The notes under the pieces are model-generated. The model ran no database searches. It had not been told where the DNA came from and was given only the letters and a program-made list of their open reading frames with translations. A stretch of 64,000 nt of DNA from Octopus sinensis. Taxonomy: Eukaryota. The stretch lies in contig NW_021832231.1 in assembly GCF_006345805.1 (NCBI RefSeq), positions 558,001 through 622,000 of the forward strand, in the 5' to 3' direction. Every line of letters begins with the position of its first letter. The first letter of the stretch is position 1. Below are positions 14,773 through 26,536 of the stretch, piece by piece. The position numbers were made by a program, and so were the translations under genes.

Positions 14773-15639
14773 CTACAAGCAGATTTTAGACCCATTTCCA
14801 TTAAAGAATTCTCTAATCAACTCCATTTTCTTTTCGATATCCACAACTCGGAGATTAAGACTCGTACTGGTATTGAAGAGTGCAAGGTAACTAGATTCCA
14901 ACTCATCCAACTGACACGATAACTTCCCAGTAAAAGAAAGTGAACTCAGACGACGCTTCAGAGGACTGTCTCCAATCTCCTGTGACCCATCATTATATCG
15001 ACCCTTGTCAACAGACTCCCGACAACTCTGCTGAATATCCTCCAATCCAATCAGCGGAACATAAACTGATGTCATTTGAGATTCATCATCCAAAAGTCGA
15101 TTCACATCAAACTGAACATTGGGAATATTTGACCCATCCATAATTCCATCTCCATTTTCAAGACTAGTTTTTTGATTACTGTTATCCCCGTCTGACAATG
15201 TATCAAACATGGGACAGTGGGTAGGCGATGGACACTCAGTTGCAGTGTTTTTTGAATTTATTAATTTTTTATAGCGTTCGATGTGGTTGTGTTGTATTTT
15301 TAGTACTGATTCGCTCAATTTGGAATATTCTTGTTTGAAATTATCAAGTAAAGTCGATATACTGCGACGATTTATATAATTTAGAGCTTTTAGTTCTGAT
15401 AGATTTTTATTAAGTAGCTATATGTGAGTGAGAGAAATACTTTAATATTCTTTTTATATAATGGAGATATTTCTGAGCATGATTTGGCTATGATAAGTTC
15501 GTTAAGTTCGAAATCTCGTAATTCTAATTCCCTTTTGAACTCGTCTCTTTCATTAATACAAATTAATCTTTATGAATTAAATATAAAATTATTACAATTC
15601 ATCATGGTTACTAAATTCTTTATTTGAATTTACATTCAT
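14773..15639 (-). CDS. Hypothetical coiled-coil protein (about 270 aa, 3 exons)
   Basis: MNVNSNKEFSNHDEL joined by 28-nt and 23-nt GT-AG introns in correct phase to the 181-codon ORF; no family recognised. Confidence 0.6.
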
Positions 15640-15649
15640 AACAAGAACC

Positions 15650-15726
15650 ACTAAAAAATATTTTAAATGCGGTAAAGTTTATTTTTTTCAGTAAATTTAT
15701 TAATCTAAACTAAATAATAAAAAGTA
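15650..15726 (+). repeat. Dispersed AT-rich repeat, copy 1 (copy 2 at 18378-18452)
   Basis: ACTAAAAAATATTT(T/G)AAATGCGGTAAA...AAATAATAAAAAGTA shared, roughly 75-80% identity by eye. Confidence 0.6.
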
Positions 15727-15809
15727 ATTATAAATTTTCTTTCGAAATCTGGCTCTAAAATATCATTATCTTTACCTCCATATTTTTTTCTTTTATAATT
15801 TAATTAAAT

Positions 15810-16163
15810 AAGAAAGAAAAAAATCCAGTTGATCGCAAGTTGTTTTTACATTTCGGTTTGTGCGCTCACGCCAAAGCCGCAGGCTATCCAGGAGAAATGC
15901 TGAAGGGGACCAAATGTTCATACACATATCCTCCAACATGAGACATTTGCTATTGCGGAATAAGAATGTTGTCATCCCATTCGGTCATTTGTCGTACCCC
16001 TGTTTAAACCGACTGATTCAAGTACATTCGAGAAACCGGCAGTATTGAATTCTCGCGAGATGACTTCATTGAGTGGCCCATGACGGGGCGAGCGGCCTGC
16101 GCTCCGGCGGCATGAGAGAGGGTGCAGACCTTTCACATTCACCATTCCACCACATCGACACAT
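15810..16163 (-). mobile_element. Degenerate CRE-type Zn finger/RLE fragment
   Basis: CRCGG..GLHPLSCRRSAGRSPRH, LESVGL, then frameshifted GMTTFLFRNSKCLM. Confidence 0.7.
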
Positions 16164-16575
16164 CCAATAAATTTATGTTTTTTTTCTAGTCAGCCTGTTA
16201 CGTGTGTGTAGCATATTTTTTCATTTCATTACATAGTCCCTGCTGTTTCCAATATTGTTTCACTGAACCTATTTTTTTAATGAATTTTTGTTAAATTCTC
16301 AAAATCTTAAAATTTTAATTACTGTATTTCCCGATGTATAAAATAATGGTTAACAAGACTTCAAAATATTGCCACTATTTCGAGTACATTGTATTTATTT
16401 TCATTTTAGGAGATTAATTTGATGACTAAGTGTATAATTCAAGGCCGATTTTTTAGGTCAATTTTGGATTATAAAAGAAAGGTACATTATTTGAATTTTT
16501 ATTATTTTAAAATGTTGATTTTAAAATGATTATTTCTTATAATAAAATTAAAACATTTAATCAATTGTTCTCATC

Positions 16576-18252
16576 ATGTTACTTTCTTTGTTTTTATTTT
16601 TATTAACATTAAATAACATTAATTCTATTTCCTCCAAAATCAGTGTTGCTTTATATTATGATTCACAATGTGGGCATTGTATAAATTTTATGCCAAAGTG
16701 GGAAGAATTCGTGGATGTAGCTTCAGGCAGATTTTTTTATTTACTTTATTAGAATATTCTCCTCCGATTATATCATTTCACAAAATTGAATGTAAAATAA
16801 ATTTTAAAATTTGCCGAAACAATGGAATTAAGAGTTTCCCAACTATAATTGTATTAAATTATTACGTAATCACTAGTTCTCATATTCTCCGAAATATAAA
16901 ACGAAATTAGCAACTTTCAATACCCTGAAACAATTTCATGCCGAGATGATTAATATCTCATATAAATATCCATTTGTAATATCTCCAATGAATAAATATT
17001 CTTCCTTTACTGAAATTCCGACACTACCAATCCCACAAGTTATCTATGCCAGTTCCATAGAATATGACCTACTTTCAATAAAAGTAATCATACAAAATAA
17101 TTCTAGTTTTGGCTACGATTATCTTCATATCATCAACTAACATTTTCTCACTTAATAAGTAACGAAGTACCTGCAAAGTATAATTCGCCAAATGTTCTTC
17201 TTTTTAAAAATGGAACCAAAACATTAGTAGTTTCAAAGTATCGAATTTGTGTTCTAAAATTAGAAATGAAAGTTCATTTTTAGAATATTGGAAATCGCTT
17301 AATTCTATTTTCCCACTAAAGAATATAGCAATGGTTACAAGCAATTCGTCCGACCTTGTCACTAAATATGCTAGACAAACTAGTTATATGTAATTTAGTA
17401 ATAAATTATATTGAAGTCGACCCACCAAAGATGATTTGTTGGCCGCAATATACTTGATAATCTATAAGGATGCGTCTCTTCAACAAAAACTAGAAGGAAA
17501 TTCTCTGATAGCATTCCGAAATATGTTTATACTCATGACTAAGACTATCCACTTTGATGATGGACTTGAAAAGTGTTTTGAAGAGATGAATCATTTATTG
17601 GACAATGCTTCATCTGTCTTAACAAATAATTTCAAACTCCTTCAAAACTGCATGGTATTTTGCTTTAAATGACAGTCTCAAGGCAATTCCTCAGCACTGG
17701 AGGCACTGTCAAGGAAGCAGACCACAATATCGGGGATATCCTTGTGGTCTATGGCTTCTCTTCCATTACATCACAGTCCAATGTTCTCGCAGTCCAGTGA
17801 TGGGTCAGTTGAGTCTAATTTGATTTGTAGAATCCCCAAAACTGCCTATTATTAGAATTGCGGAGTTTGTGAAGTATATTTTTACATGTCGCAAGTGTGC
17901 TGAACATTTTCAAAGTTTTGTTCCTCAAATCGAACAAAGTGTAAATTCTCCAACCGACGCAGTGCTATTTCTTCACGTAGCACACAATTCTGTTAATAGT
18001 CGAATCAAAGGGTCTCTTTCAGAAGATCCAATGCATAAGAAAATTCAGTTTCCGTCACATTCTGATTGTCCTTCTTGCTACTTTAAAGACGGAAGTGAGA
18101 ACGAGGTTGAAATATATTATTTTTTGGTGTCGTTCTATTCTCTCGTGGAAGTAGAGTCGTTGGGAACAAGAGGAATTGAAAGTAATGGATTACCCATGTT
18201 TGTTTTCGTGGTAATGTTGTTATTTGGAATGTGGGAAGGATTACTACCTTAA
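16576..18252 (+). CDS. QSOX: Quiescin sulfhydryl oxidase (signal peptide, Trx, ERV/ALR, C-terminal TM)
   Basis: Hydrophobic N-terminus, Trx CGHC, HCQGSRPQYRGYPCGLWLLFH, ERV CRKC, HNSVNSR..SEDP..K.QFP...CPSC. Confidence 0.9.
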
Positions 18253-18377
18253 CTCGTGGGTTTTATTTTCCTTTAATTACTGATAACACTCGTTAATCAT
18301 TTTAATTTTTGATGAAACGCTGATATATTAAACAAGTATGGAACACGATTTCATTGTGCTAAGGTTCTTAGCTAATG

Positions 18378-18452
18378 ACTAAAAAATATTTGAAATGCGG
18401 TAAAATACTCTTTTTAGTAAAATTATAAATCAAAACCAAATAATAAAAAGTA
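18378..18452 (+). repeat. Dispersed AT-rich repeat, copy 2, ending at the Tigger insertion TA
   Basis: Matches 15650-15726; similarity stops at the TA preceding CAGTTTAC. Confidence 0.6.
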
Positions 18453-20050
18453 CAGTTTACTTTCTATGGCTCGCCATTTCTATAAATCGCCACTTTTTTT
18501 AAAAAATGCCATTTTTACTAAGGAAATTCCATTCCTCGCCACGTTTTAGTATTGAAAAATCAAAATTTATTATTAAAAAATAATTTTTCAAATATTTTTC
18601 TTTTTGTGTAACATGAGGAAGTGTTCTAGATTATCTTATGATCAAAAATGAGAAATTGTAAATTATCTTATTGATAACTTCTCTGAGTTTAAGTCGTGTT
18701 TCAGAAATTTTTTTGTCGCGTTTAAAAAATCAATTTCTAGACGTGCAATTATTTTTTTATTTATTTAACCCAAGAATCACCAACAGTTAATTAGAGTAAT
18801 TAATTAGGTGATTCCAACAATCCTGAAGGTCTTTCTCCAATGTTGGACTCTGGACCCAACACAAGTGCGGAACGGACGGGTACCAGTTTTCGAGAGGAAT
18901 TGAATCGGGGTGATGTGCTTCTGATTGATAATTGACATATGATGGTCTTTTGACAGTTGGTCCTGTTGGATGGCTAAGAAGCCCTTTCCATCTTTCTTAA
19001 TTAGATGGTCAAAAAATTATTCAGACGTGCAATTAACAATCTTAAGTTGAACAAACAGAAGATTCTTGGAATTAATCTAATTTATGGGAGTTCTAGTTTT
19101 TCGAAGCTCAGATATTCATCAATTGATTCTGAAATCATTACCTGGATAGATTACATGGAATCTATTGGAGTTTGCCTCAATGATGAGATAATTTTATCCA
19201 AAGCAGCTGAATTTGCTATGTTAAACGGTCTTTCTCCAAATTTAAATCCAGTAAAGGATGGCTTAAAAAGTTCAAAAAAGGCACAATGTAAAACTAAGAA
19301 TTTTTCATAGTGAATTGAGATATACTACGGATAAGTTCAAAGACAAAAGTGAAGATTAAAAAAAAATTATTTCTCCAAAAATAAATGAATATGGTTCTGA
19401 AAATGTTTATAATGCCGACGATACAGGCGTATTTTACAAGATTATTCCATCAAAAAGTTTCTGCAGGAAACACCGGCTAGGAGAAAAATTACTTAAAGAT
19501 AGGTTTAACATTTTTTAGCAAATTTTCAGATTTTGATTAATGCTTTGCGCAAATATGACTGGATCTGATAAAAAAACCTCATGGATGATCGGAAAGTTGA
19601 AGAAACCAAGGTATTCCAAAAACTTGAACGTTGATGAGTATTTACAATACTACAATTCTTCAAAAACTTGGATGAACTTGGAAATATTTACTGAATGGTT
19701 GTATAATTGGAGTAAAACTTTCAAACGAAAACATAGAAAGATACTTTTGGTTGTAGACCATTGTCTTTCTCATCAAATAACAATCGAATTAAGTATGATA
19801 GAAGTTTTATATTTGCCAAAAAACGACTACTGTGCTTCAACCGATAGATCAAGGAATCATTAGATCATTCAAATCGCATTTCAACAAATTTAAATTTAAA
19901 CATATAATTGAAAAAATAAATAACGGTGAAGCAAATATTGAATGCTATAAAAAATTAACGCTGAAAGATGGAGTCTTATTTTCTTATCTTGTTTAATAAA
20001 AATGCAAAAAACAAAAAAACTATTAATGACTACTTTACTTAAAATCTCGG
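18453..20050 (+). mobile_element. Tigger/pogo (CENP-B-like) DNA transposon, decayed
   Basis: TA|CAGTTTAC..CTCGCCAT left end; HTH segments; YNADDTG.FYK, LCANMTGSD, WMN..IFTEWL, ILLVVDHC..H, LYLPKN motifs with frameshifts. Confidence 0.85.
18739..19035 (-). mobile_element. 5'-truncated retroelement stub with A-rich tail and 13-bp TSD, nested in Tigger
   Basis: AGACGTGCAATTA at 18739-18751 and 19023-19035 flanks about 270 bp ending (minus strand) in AAATAAATAAAAAAA. Confidence 0.7.
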
Positions 20051-20107
20051 TTTTTTAATAAATGTTTCAGATATTTATTTAAATGTTTAGAATCACTCAA
20101 ATATGTA

Positions 20108-21572
20108 CACTAGGTGCAAAAAAACCGTTTTTTCGAAATATCAAAAATTTACTATGCAACTATATTGTTTTTATTAAAGAATTGAATAATTTATCATTTT
20201 TTAACACTAGTTTTATTTTTATATTTGAACTTGTAATCATTTTTTACTTAACAAATTATAACTAACAAAAAATCAAACGCAATAAAAAACCGTTTTATTT
20301 TTGATTATTTAAAGTTAGTATTCAATATGGTCCCCTTTTGCCTTAAAAAGATTTTGTGCTCTATTCGGCATGCTTTCGATTAATTTTTTTTATAAAACCA
20401 ATCGGTATTTCGTTCCAAATATTTTCGATTTTTTCTTTCAATTCCGAAACATTCTTTGGATGAAAGGTGTTTAATTCCCTCTTCATATGAGCCCATATAT
20501 GTTCGATCGGATTTAAATCCGGTGATTGAGGTGCCCATGGTAAAAGGTTTACTTTCTTTTCTTGAAAAAATCGCATAGTCATCTTGGAAGTATGACATGG
20601 TGCCATGTCTTGTTGGAAAATAAAGTCACTAAGCTCCATTTTTTTGCAGATTCCCATAAATGGTTACATAGTGTGTTGATATAAAGTGCGGAATTCATAT
20701 TCCCGTGTATAAAAGCAAGCGAGCCCATTCCGTAATAGGAAAAACAGCCCCAGACCATAACTTTCCCCCCACCAAATTTTACAGTAGGCGAAAGGTTGCT
20801 TTTTTGAAGGCCTGTATTGTTTTTCCGATAACAATATTGCCGTTTTTTAATATTAAAAACTTCGAAACTGCATTCGTCACTAAAAATTGTCCTCATCCAT
20901 TCAGTGTTTGGCACAGTAATGAAATGCTTTGCCATGTTATAGCGTTTTTCACTATTTATTTTGTTCAATAATGGTTTTTTTCTACATACACGAGCATATA
21001 TTTGCTCCCTTCTTAAATAATTTGCGATGGATCTTTTACCGACTGTTTTTCCGGTTATTTTACGGAGATCATTCCTTAAGCAATCAGCTTTTTTTGGGGG
21101 GTCCTCTTTAACCAGGTTGAGTAAAATAAGGATATTTTCCTTATTAAGAATTTTTGGTCTCCCCGAACCTTTCATTCTTTCAGTCGTACCATATTTAATG
21201 AATTTTCGGATGAAGTCAGCGATAGTTGATCGCGGGATATTAAGCTCGTCAGATATTTTTTTAGTGGTCCAATTTAACGCATTCAAGCTTAGAGTCTTTC
21301 CTTTTGTTATTACATCAAGCATTCGTAATTTTATCGAGGGTTAAAATTCTAAAAAAAGTAAAAAATGTCACACTCACCAGAATAAACGGTTTTTTATTGC
21401 GCTCGTGTAATTAAAATTTTTAATTTAGACATATAACACAATACAAAAAAAATATAACAAAATTGATTTAGGGTTAATTTAATGATCCCTTTCGATATCG
21501 ACAAAGAAAAATCACGGTTATCTTTGCAAAATATGCCGTATTTAAAAAAACGGTTTTTTTTTGCACCTAGTG
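20108..21572 (-). mobile_element. Tc1 (DD34E) transposon, full length 1465 bp, one frameshift in transposase
   Basis: TA TSDs at 20106-7 and 21573-4; TIR CACTAGGTGCAAAAAAA(C)CG; paired-like HTH with GRP, FSDEC, QQDMAPCH, SPDLNPIE with 34-residue D-E spacing; ORFs 21322-20579 and 20657-20361. Confidence 0.95.
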
Positions 21573-21639
21573 TAGTTAAAAATTATAGAAAAATTTTTTC
21601 GATAGAAGATAGGATGTTGATTATTTCTCTTACTCGCCA

Positions 21640-21950
21640 AATTCTCTTAGTCGTCAATTTTGGGTTAACCTCCACGATAACCGCGGACCCCATGATCCGC
21701 AGGCGTAGGCAATTGACGGTTCGAAGTATTGGCGGTAGATATTCGTCAGTAACGGTTGTGACCTGTTTTTCCATCATCTGATAAGGTTCTGAGGATGTTC
21801 ATTTTTTTACATTTGCGAAGGAGGTCATCTGCGTGCGGGGAGAAGCATAGGTGCATGTCGAGGGTTACTCCTAAGACCGTCTGACTCCTCTAGAAGGGAA
21901 CGGACACATTGCTCAGCTTTAAGTCGACTGAAGTCCTTCCCAATCTTATG
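21640..21950 (-). mobile_element. I-group LINE RT-thumb fragment
   Basis: TVLGVTLDMHLCFSPHAD.L..K..MNILRTLS and IYRQY..PSIAYACGSW in shifting frames. Confidence 0.65.
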
Positions 21951-22044
21951 TCACTGATAATTGAAAAAACGAGTTAAGTACCTATGAGGCATTTTTAGCT
22001 AATTAATTACTTGTTATGATTAATCCAATTTTTAAATAAGTTAA

Positions 22045-22082
22045 TATGTCGCGAGCGCAAGAGAGCGACACTCAATTTCTAG
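22045..22082 (+). repeat. GC-rich inverted repeat/hairpin, left partner of 26458-26472
   Basis: TATGTCGCGAGCGCA is the exact reverse complement of 26458-26472; internal TGTCGC/GCGACA stem followed by CTAG. Confidence 0.6.
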
Positions 22083-22273
22083 ATCCGATCAATCAAAAAT
22101 CTATAAATTGACAAATACCCAGGAATAGGAAGTTTTATTGGAAACAGAGAAGGGTTAAAGGTTAGGGGGGAGTTTGTATAATGAAACAATAGGACTACCC
22201 TATCGACTTCTTCCCAGAAAAAAAAAGAGACCCCCTCAAGTAAATTTTTTTTTTTTTTTTTTTTTTTTCTTTT

Positions 22274-24902
22274 CTACCTCTGCAGGTACGTCCCAGTGAC
22301 AATTGAGTTGGATTTATAACCACTTATAGCTTTTTCGACAGTTTCACCGACCATGGAGGATTTACTTTCAAGCCACAGGGGGATTGGATCTTCAACTTTT
22401 TGGTGGTAAGCAAGCTTCAAAGCGAGCCTGCGAGACTTTTCAAATTTAGTTAAGATGGTGTCCTTCTTTTTAGAGAAGTACCATCCCTCTTTTCCGTATA
22501 GTAGTCCCGGTAGGATCACCGTATTGAAAACGTAGAGGAAAGTATCAGGCTCCAAATTTAACTTCCTCAGGCAGAACAGAGCATTAGTTGCTTTCCTTTT
22601 ACTTAATTTTGCGTTTTCGAGATAGTTTCCCTTTTCATCGATGAACAAGCCAAGATATTTAATTGAGTTTTGTCGAGGTATGTTCTTGATCAGGCACGGT
22701 AAATTTATTAAATTTCTGCTTTCTGTGATTCTCAGTAATGCGGACTTCTCACGCGCAATAATGAACATATTTTCATCGCACCATTGCTCCACTGTATTCA
22801 TATATGATATAATCCTTTGTTCGGATAAGGCAGGTTTCGATGAAATGTCAAGGATTACAACATCATCGGCGTATATCAAAATTTCCGTCCGTGTGTTGAC
22901 AGGAGACGGCAGATTGCTCATCACAATGTTGAATAATAGAGGACTGAGGACTGATCCTTGAGGGACGCCTCTTTTAAGTTTCAGTTCATCCGAGTCATAG
23001 TTCAGAAAGCTTATCACAGAGCGCCTGTCGCGGAGGAAGTCTTTTAGCCATAGGAATAGTCCTTTGTCTATGTGACACTTCGCCAGATGTCTAAGGAGAC
23101 CGAGGTGCCAAACCATATCAAAGGCTTTTGAGATGTCTAGAGACACAATTGTCAGACACTCTTTGAAATCCAGAGCCTTTACAATCGACGAATTGAGTGT
23201 ATAAAGACAGTCAGCACAGGAACGACCCCTCCGAAAGCCCCACTGCACGTCTTTGAGATAACCATTTCTCTCGACGTGTTCAGAGAGTCGTTCAAACATT
23301 ACCCTTTCCATTATTCGACTGATGGTAGGAATTAGGCTTATAGGCCTATAACTTGTCGCCAAGTAACCAGGTTTTCCAGGCTTCCGTATCATCCTTACCT
23401 CCGTCAGTTTCCATGAAGAAGGGACGTATCCCAAGCTCACACTGCGGGAGAAGAGACATCCCAAATATTCGTAAAGTTGCTTGGGAGCTTCTTTGAACAT
23501 GCGCATGGTTATCTTGTCCTTTCCCGGAGCGTTATTTTTGGAGTATCTAACTGCATTTTCCACGTCTTTGCACGTTATAGATTCCGAGCACATTGGTAAT
23601 GAGCTAAGATTGTCTTCCAACTCTTTTTCCATATCAAACAAAGCTGAATCAGATAGATTTGTATCCGGATTGACTTCTTGTATTCTTTTGAGACTATCAG
23701 CAAATATGTTCGGGATTTCTTCATGAGATGCAGGGGATCCATCTTGTTTTAGCAGTTTAGGTATAGTTTTCTCAGACGTCGAGGTTAATTTCGAGTAGAC
23801 CTTCCAAAAATTTGGACTTCCTTTATGTAGCTTTTTGCACTCAGTATTCCATTTTTTATCCTTCGCCACCTTCGCCGATTTTCTTATTCTTCTTCCGTAA
23901 TGGTGAAGATTTCACTTTCCAAAACGGACCGGTCACGAAAATCTGCGCAGCGCCGGAGTTTGTTCCTTAGACATTGTTTTTTCCTTAGTAGGATTTCAAC
24001 ATTCATGTTTGGCATGTGAGTTTTCCTATTGTTTGAGACGATTTTTGTAGAATATGTTTCCAGATAAGACTTTATGTATCCAATAAGGGAATTGCTAGAC
24101 TTCTCGAGGTCCTCAGATGAAGAATTTTCGTCAAGTTTAGGAGCGAAATTGCTCAGATAAAGTGTAAAACATTTTCGGTAGTGTTCCCAGTTTATAGTCG
24201 AGAGGTTATATCGTATAAAAGTTGGTTTACCCTTTAAAGGTCCAAGGTTGAGTTTGTATAAAATTGGTAGATGGTCACTTCCAATATCATTTAAGGTGTA
24301 CGGTTGTTCCATAAATTGAAGAGTAGACATAGAGACCAATGCTACGCCCAAATAGTCCCACCCTCCTGGTGAGTAATGATTTGGGGTTTTTGATGTGATG
24401 ACCGAGAAACTGAGAGATTCTGAAAGCTTAAGAATGATGCCATCCTGTTGGTTCTCAGACAGCCAAAAGATGTGCATTTGGCATTTAGATCCCCGAGGAG
24501 TATTGACAAATGATTGTGTTTATCGGCAAAAAAGTCCTTGATAAGCGATGAATAATTGGAAAGGGATTTTGAGTACATCCCTCCGATTGTTACCCACCCT
24601 TTTTCCAGAAGGACGTCGATTGTGAGGAATTCACACAATTCCTCGGACACAATTTTTAGATTTTTCACCCTTAGAGTTGATTTGTAGTAGATAGAAGTGC
24701 CTGTTCCAGCGATCGAGCCCGGCTTCCACTTAATATCAAGGGAACGATAGCCATCCAAGTAGTAATCATCATGTTTTTTGATTTTTGTTTCGTTTACGAT
24801 CAAAAGGTCCACGGGGTTATGGGATAACATATCCTCAATCTCTGAACGCCTTCTCTTTAGAGAACGTGCGTTCACAGCGATAATAGACAGAAAGGGGCTC
24901 AC
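22274..24902 (-). pseudogene. LINE ORF2 (APE endonuclease + RT) with two frameshifts
   Basis: Three overlapping ORFs 24902-24342, 24477-23884, 23869-22274 join into one APE-RT polypeptide. Confidence 0.9.
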
Positions 24903-25984
24903 GCCTGATCAATCCTTTCCCTTCCAAGAGAAAGGGACAACAGATTGTTGATATCGAGGCCTTTTTCATCGCATATAGCGATTATTTTGCGAATCATAGA
25001 GGTAAGCTCAACGTCGATAGTTGGTGCTTTCCTCTTAAAGCGGGTTGGAGGCTCTGTGTGTTGTGTATTGGGAGGCAAAGTTGCGTCTTCACTAACATCT
25101 GTTTGCGTTGAGGAGTCAAAACAGCGGGAAATTGTGGGTTTTCGCCATACAGATTCAACGGCCTCCGCTTTTGACCATACAGTTTTTGAGTGTTCTGCTT
25201 TGGCCAGTCTGTCCCTGGCACTGAGCTGTTTTTAGTTGTTCAGTGGCTGCCTTAGCTGAAGAGCAGCCACCGTAGCAAGCCAAATGCCCACTCAGACCGC
25301 AGTTTATACATTTTTTCTCAGTTTTTCCTTTAATCGGGCACATTTTCATATTATGATCACCACCACAGAAAAGACATCTTTCCACTTCTTTGCAGAAGTT
25401 AGCAATGTGACCAAATTGTTGGCAGCGAAAGCATCTTGTTGCTGGGTTTTTAAACCATTCGCATCGTATTTTTTGAAATCCCACTTCGATTCCCATCCTT
25501 ACAAGCGAAGTGGCTTCTGCCCTCGAATTCAGACTCAACTTTCCAACAGGTATACTCCGTCCATTTTTGTAGAACCGTTGGAAAGTAAAACCGGGGTTGA
25601 GAATTTCTTTGAGGTAAAGATCCAGGTCTTCCTCGGAGACCCAAGATGGTATTCCCTTCAAGACTACGGTCGATGGTTGCAGACTGCACGCAGAAATATA
25701 ATGGCCGTCCTGGCCAAATGGTTTGTTATACTCGAAGTCATTCACAAACGAGTCCCTATCACTAGAATTTGAGAATTCGAGGGTAAAGTCCCCAGACTTC
25801 CTGGCAGTAATTCGGGCCTTCTGTGCAGTCTCGGATTTGGTTAGAATATTAAAGGACTTTATTCGTCCAATCGCATAATTTTTTATCTGCAGCGAGAGGA
25901 CAAGAGAGAGACTCAGTACAGTTGGATTGTTCAAAGAGACTTGAGAGGAGTGTGACCCCTCCTCATCTTTGATACGGATTTCAT
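24899..25984 (-). pseudogene. LINE ORF1 (zinc-knuckle protein) with probable frameshifts
   Basis: ORF 25934-25155 continues after a shift in an A5 run (about 25232) in an open frame to TGA at 24901-24899; nearest upstream ATG at 25984 is out of frame. Confidence 0.75.
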
Positions 25985-26429
25985 CTTGCGTTCAAGCTCT
26001 TGAGACACAGAAGATTTTGAGCAGAATGAGCTTTTAAAACGATTTCATAAATAAAAATAATATTTTAAAATTATAATTGATTTTTTAGAATAATGAGAAA
26101 AAATCTAAATGCTTCATAATTTATTAAATGTCAAAACAAGAATTTCTGAAGGAGCAAGCCTGTCAGCACAGTTCATTTTTGATTAGAAGACCTAATTTTA
26201 GAGATTAAAACGAAAAAATAGCAATGAGATCTGTCAAATTATTACCCCCCTCACAACCTAAACCAAATTAGCGTTCAGTATTCATTGATTTTACTTTTTC
26301 TATTAAGGTCTACTTATAAATTATTTTATGGGATTCAATGGAAAACTTAAGTTATTTCAATTTTAAATCATGTTAAAATTTTAAATAATTTAATAAATAT
26401 ATTTGTGATGATAGGCTTGTTAGCTGTCA

Positions 26430-26472
26430 AAGTCGCGTCTAGCGCTCGGTCGCGCGCTGCGCTCGCGACATA
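26430..26472 (-). repeat. GC-rich inverted repeat/hairpin, right partner of 22045-22059
   Basis: GTCGCG/CGCGAC stem; terminal TGCGCTCGCGACATA. Confidence 0.6.
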
Positions 26473-26536
26473 ATAATTATCGACTTTTTCAAAACACATA
26501 AAAAAGTAATTTTAATTTGAGTCAATAAAAATAGAG

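Larger units (their letters stand above)
22130..26029 (-). mobile_element. Near full-length I/Jockey-group LINE (ORF1 gag-like with 3 CCHC; ORF2 APE + RT); outer limits approximate
   Basis: ORF1 CFRCQQFGHIANFC, CLFCGGDHNMKMC, CINCGLSGH; ORF2 AVNARSL, NETK, GDLNA, GSDHLP, YRPISL, QWGFR, SLDISKAFD, GVPQGSVLSP, YADD, KYLG; A-run right after ORF2 stop; TCATT initiator-like motif near 26029. Confidence 0.93.

Noticed and set aside
22243-22270. Long T-run as the true LINE 3' end
   Set aside because: No TSD was found at it and an AATAAA-containing segment continues to about 22130, so the boundary is unresolved.
20705-25772. Plus-strand ORFs over the Tc1 and LINE (for example 20705-20971, 22641-22961, 25284-25772)
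   Set aside because: Antisense shadows of real coding frames with no independent motifs.
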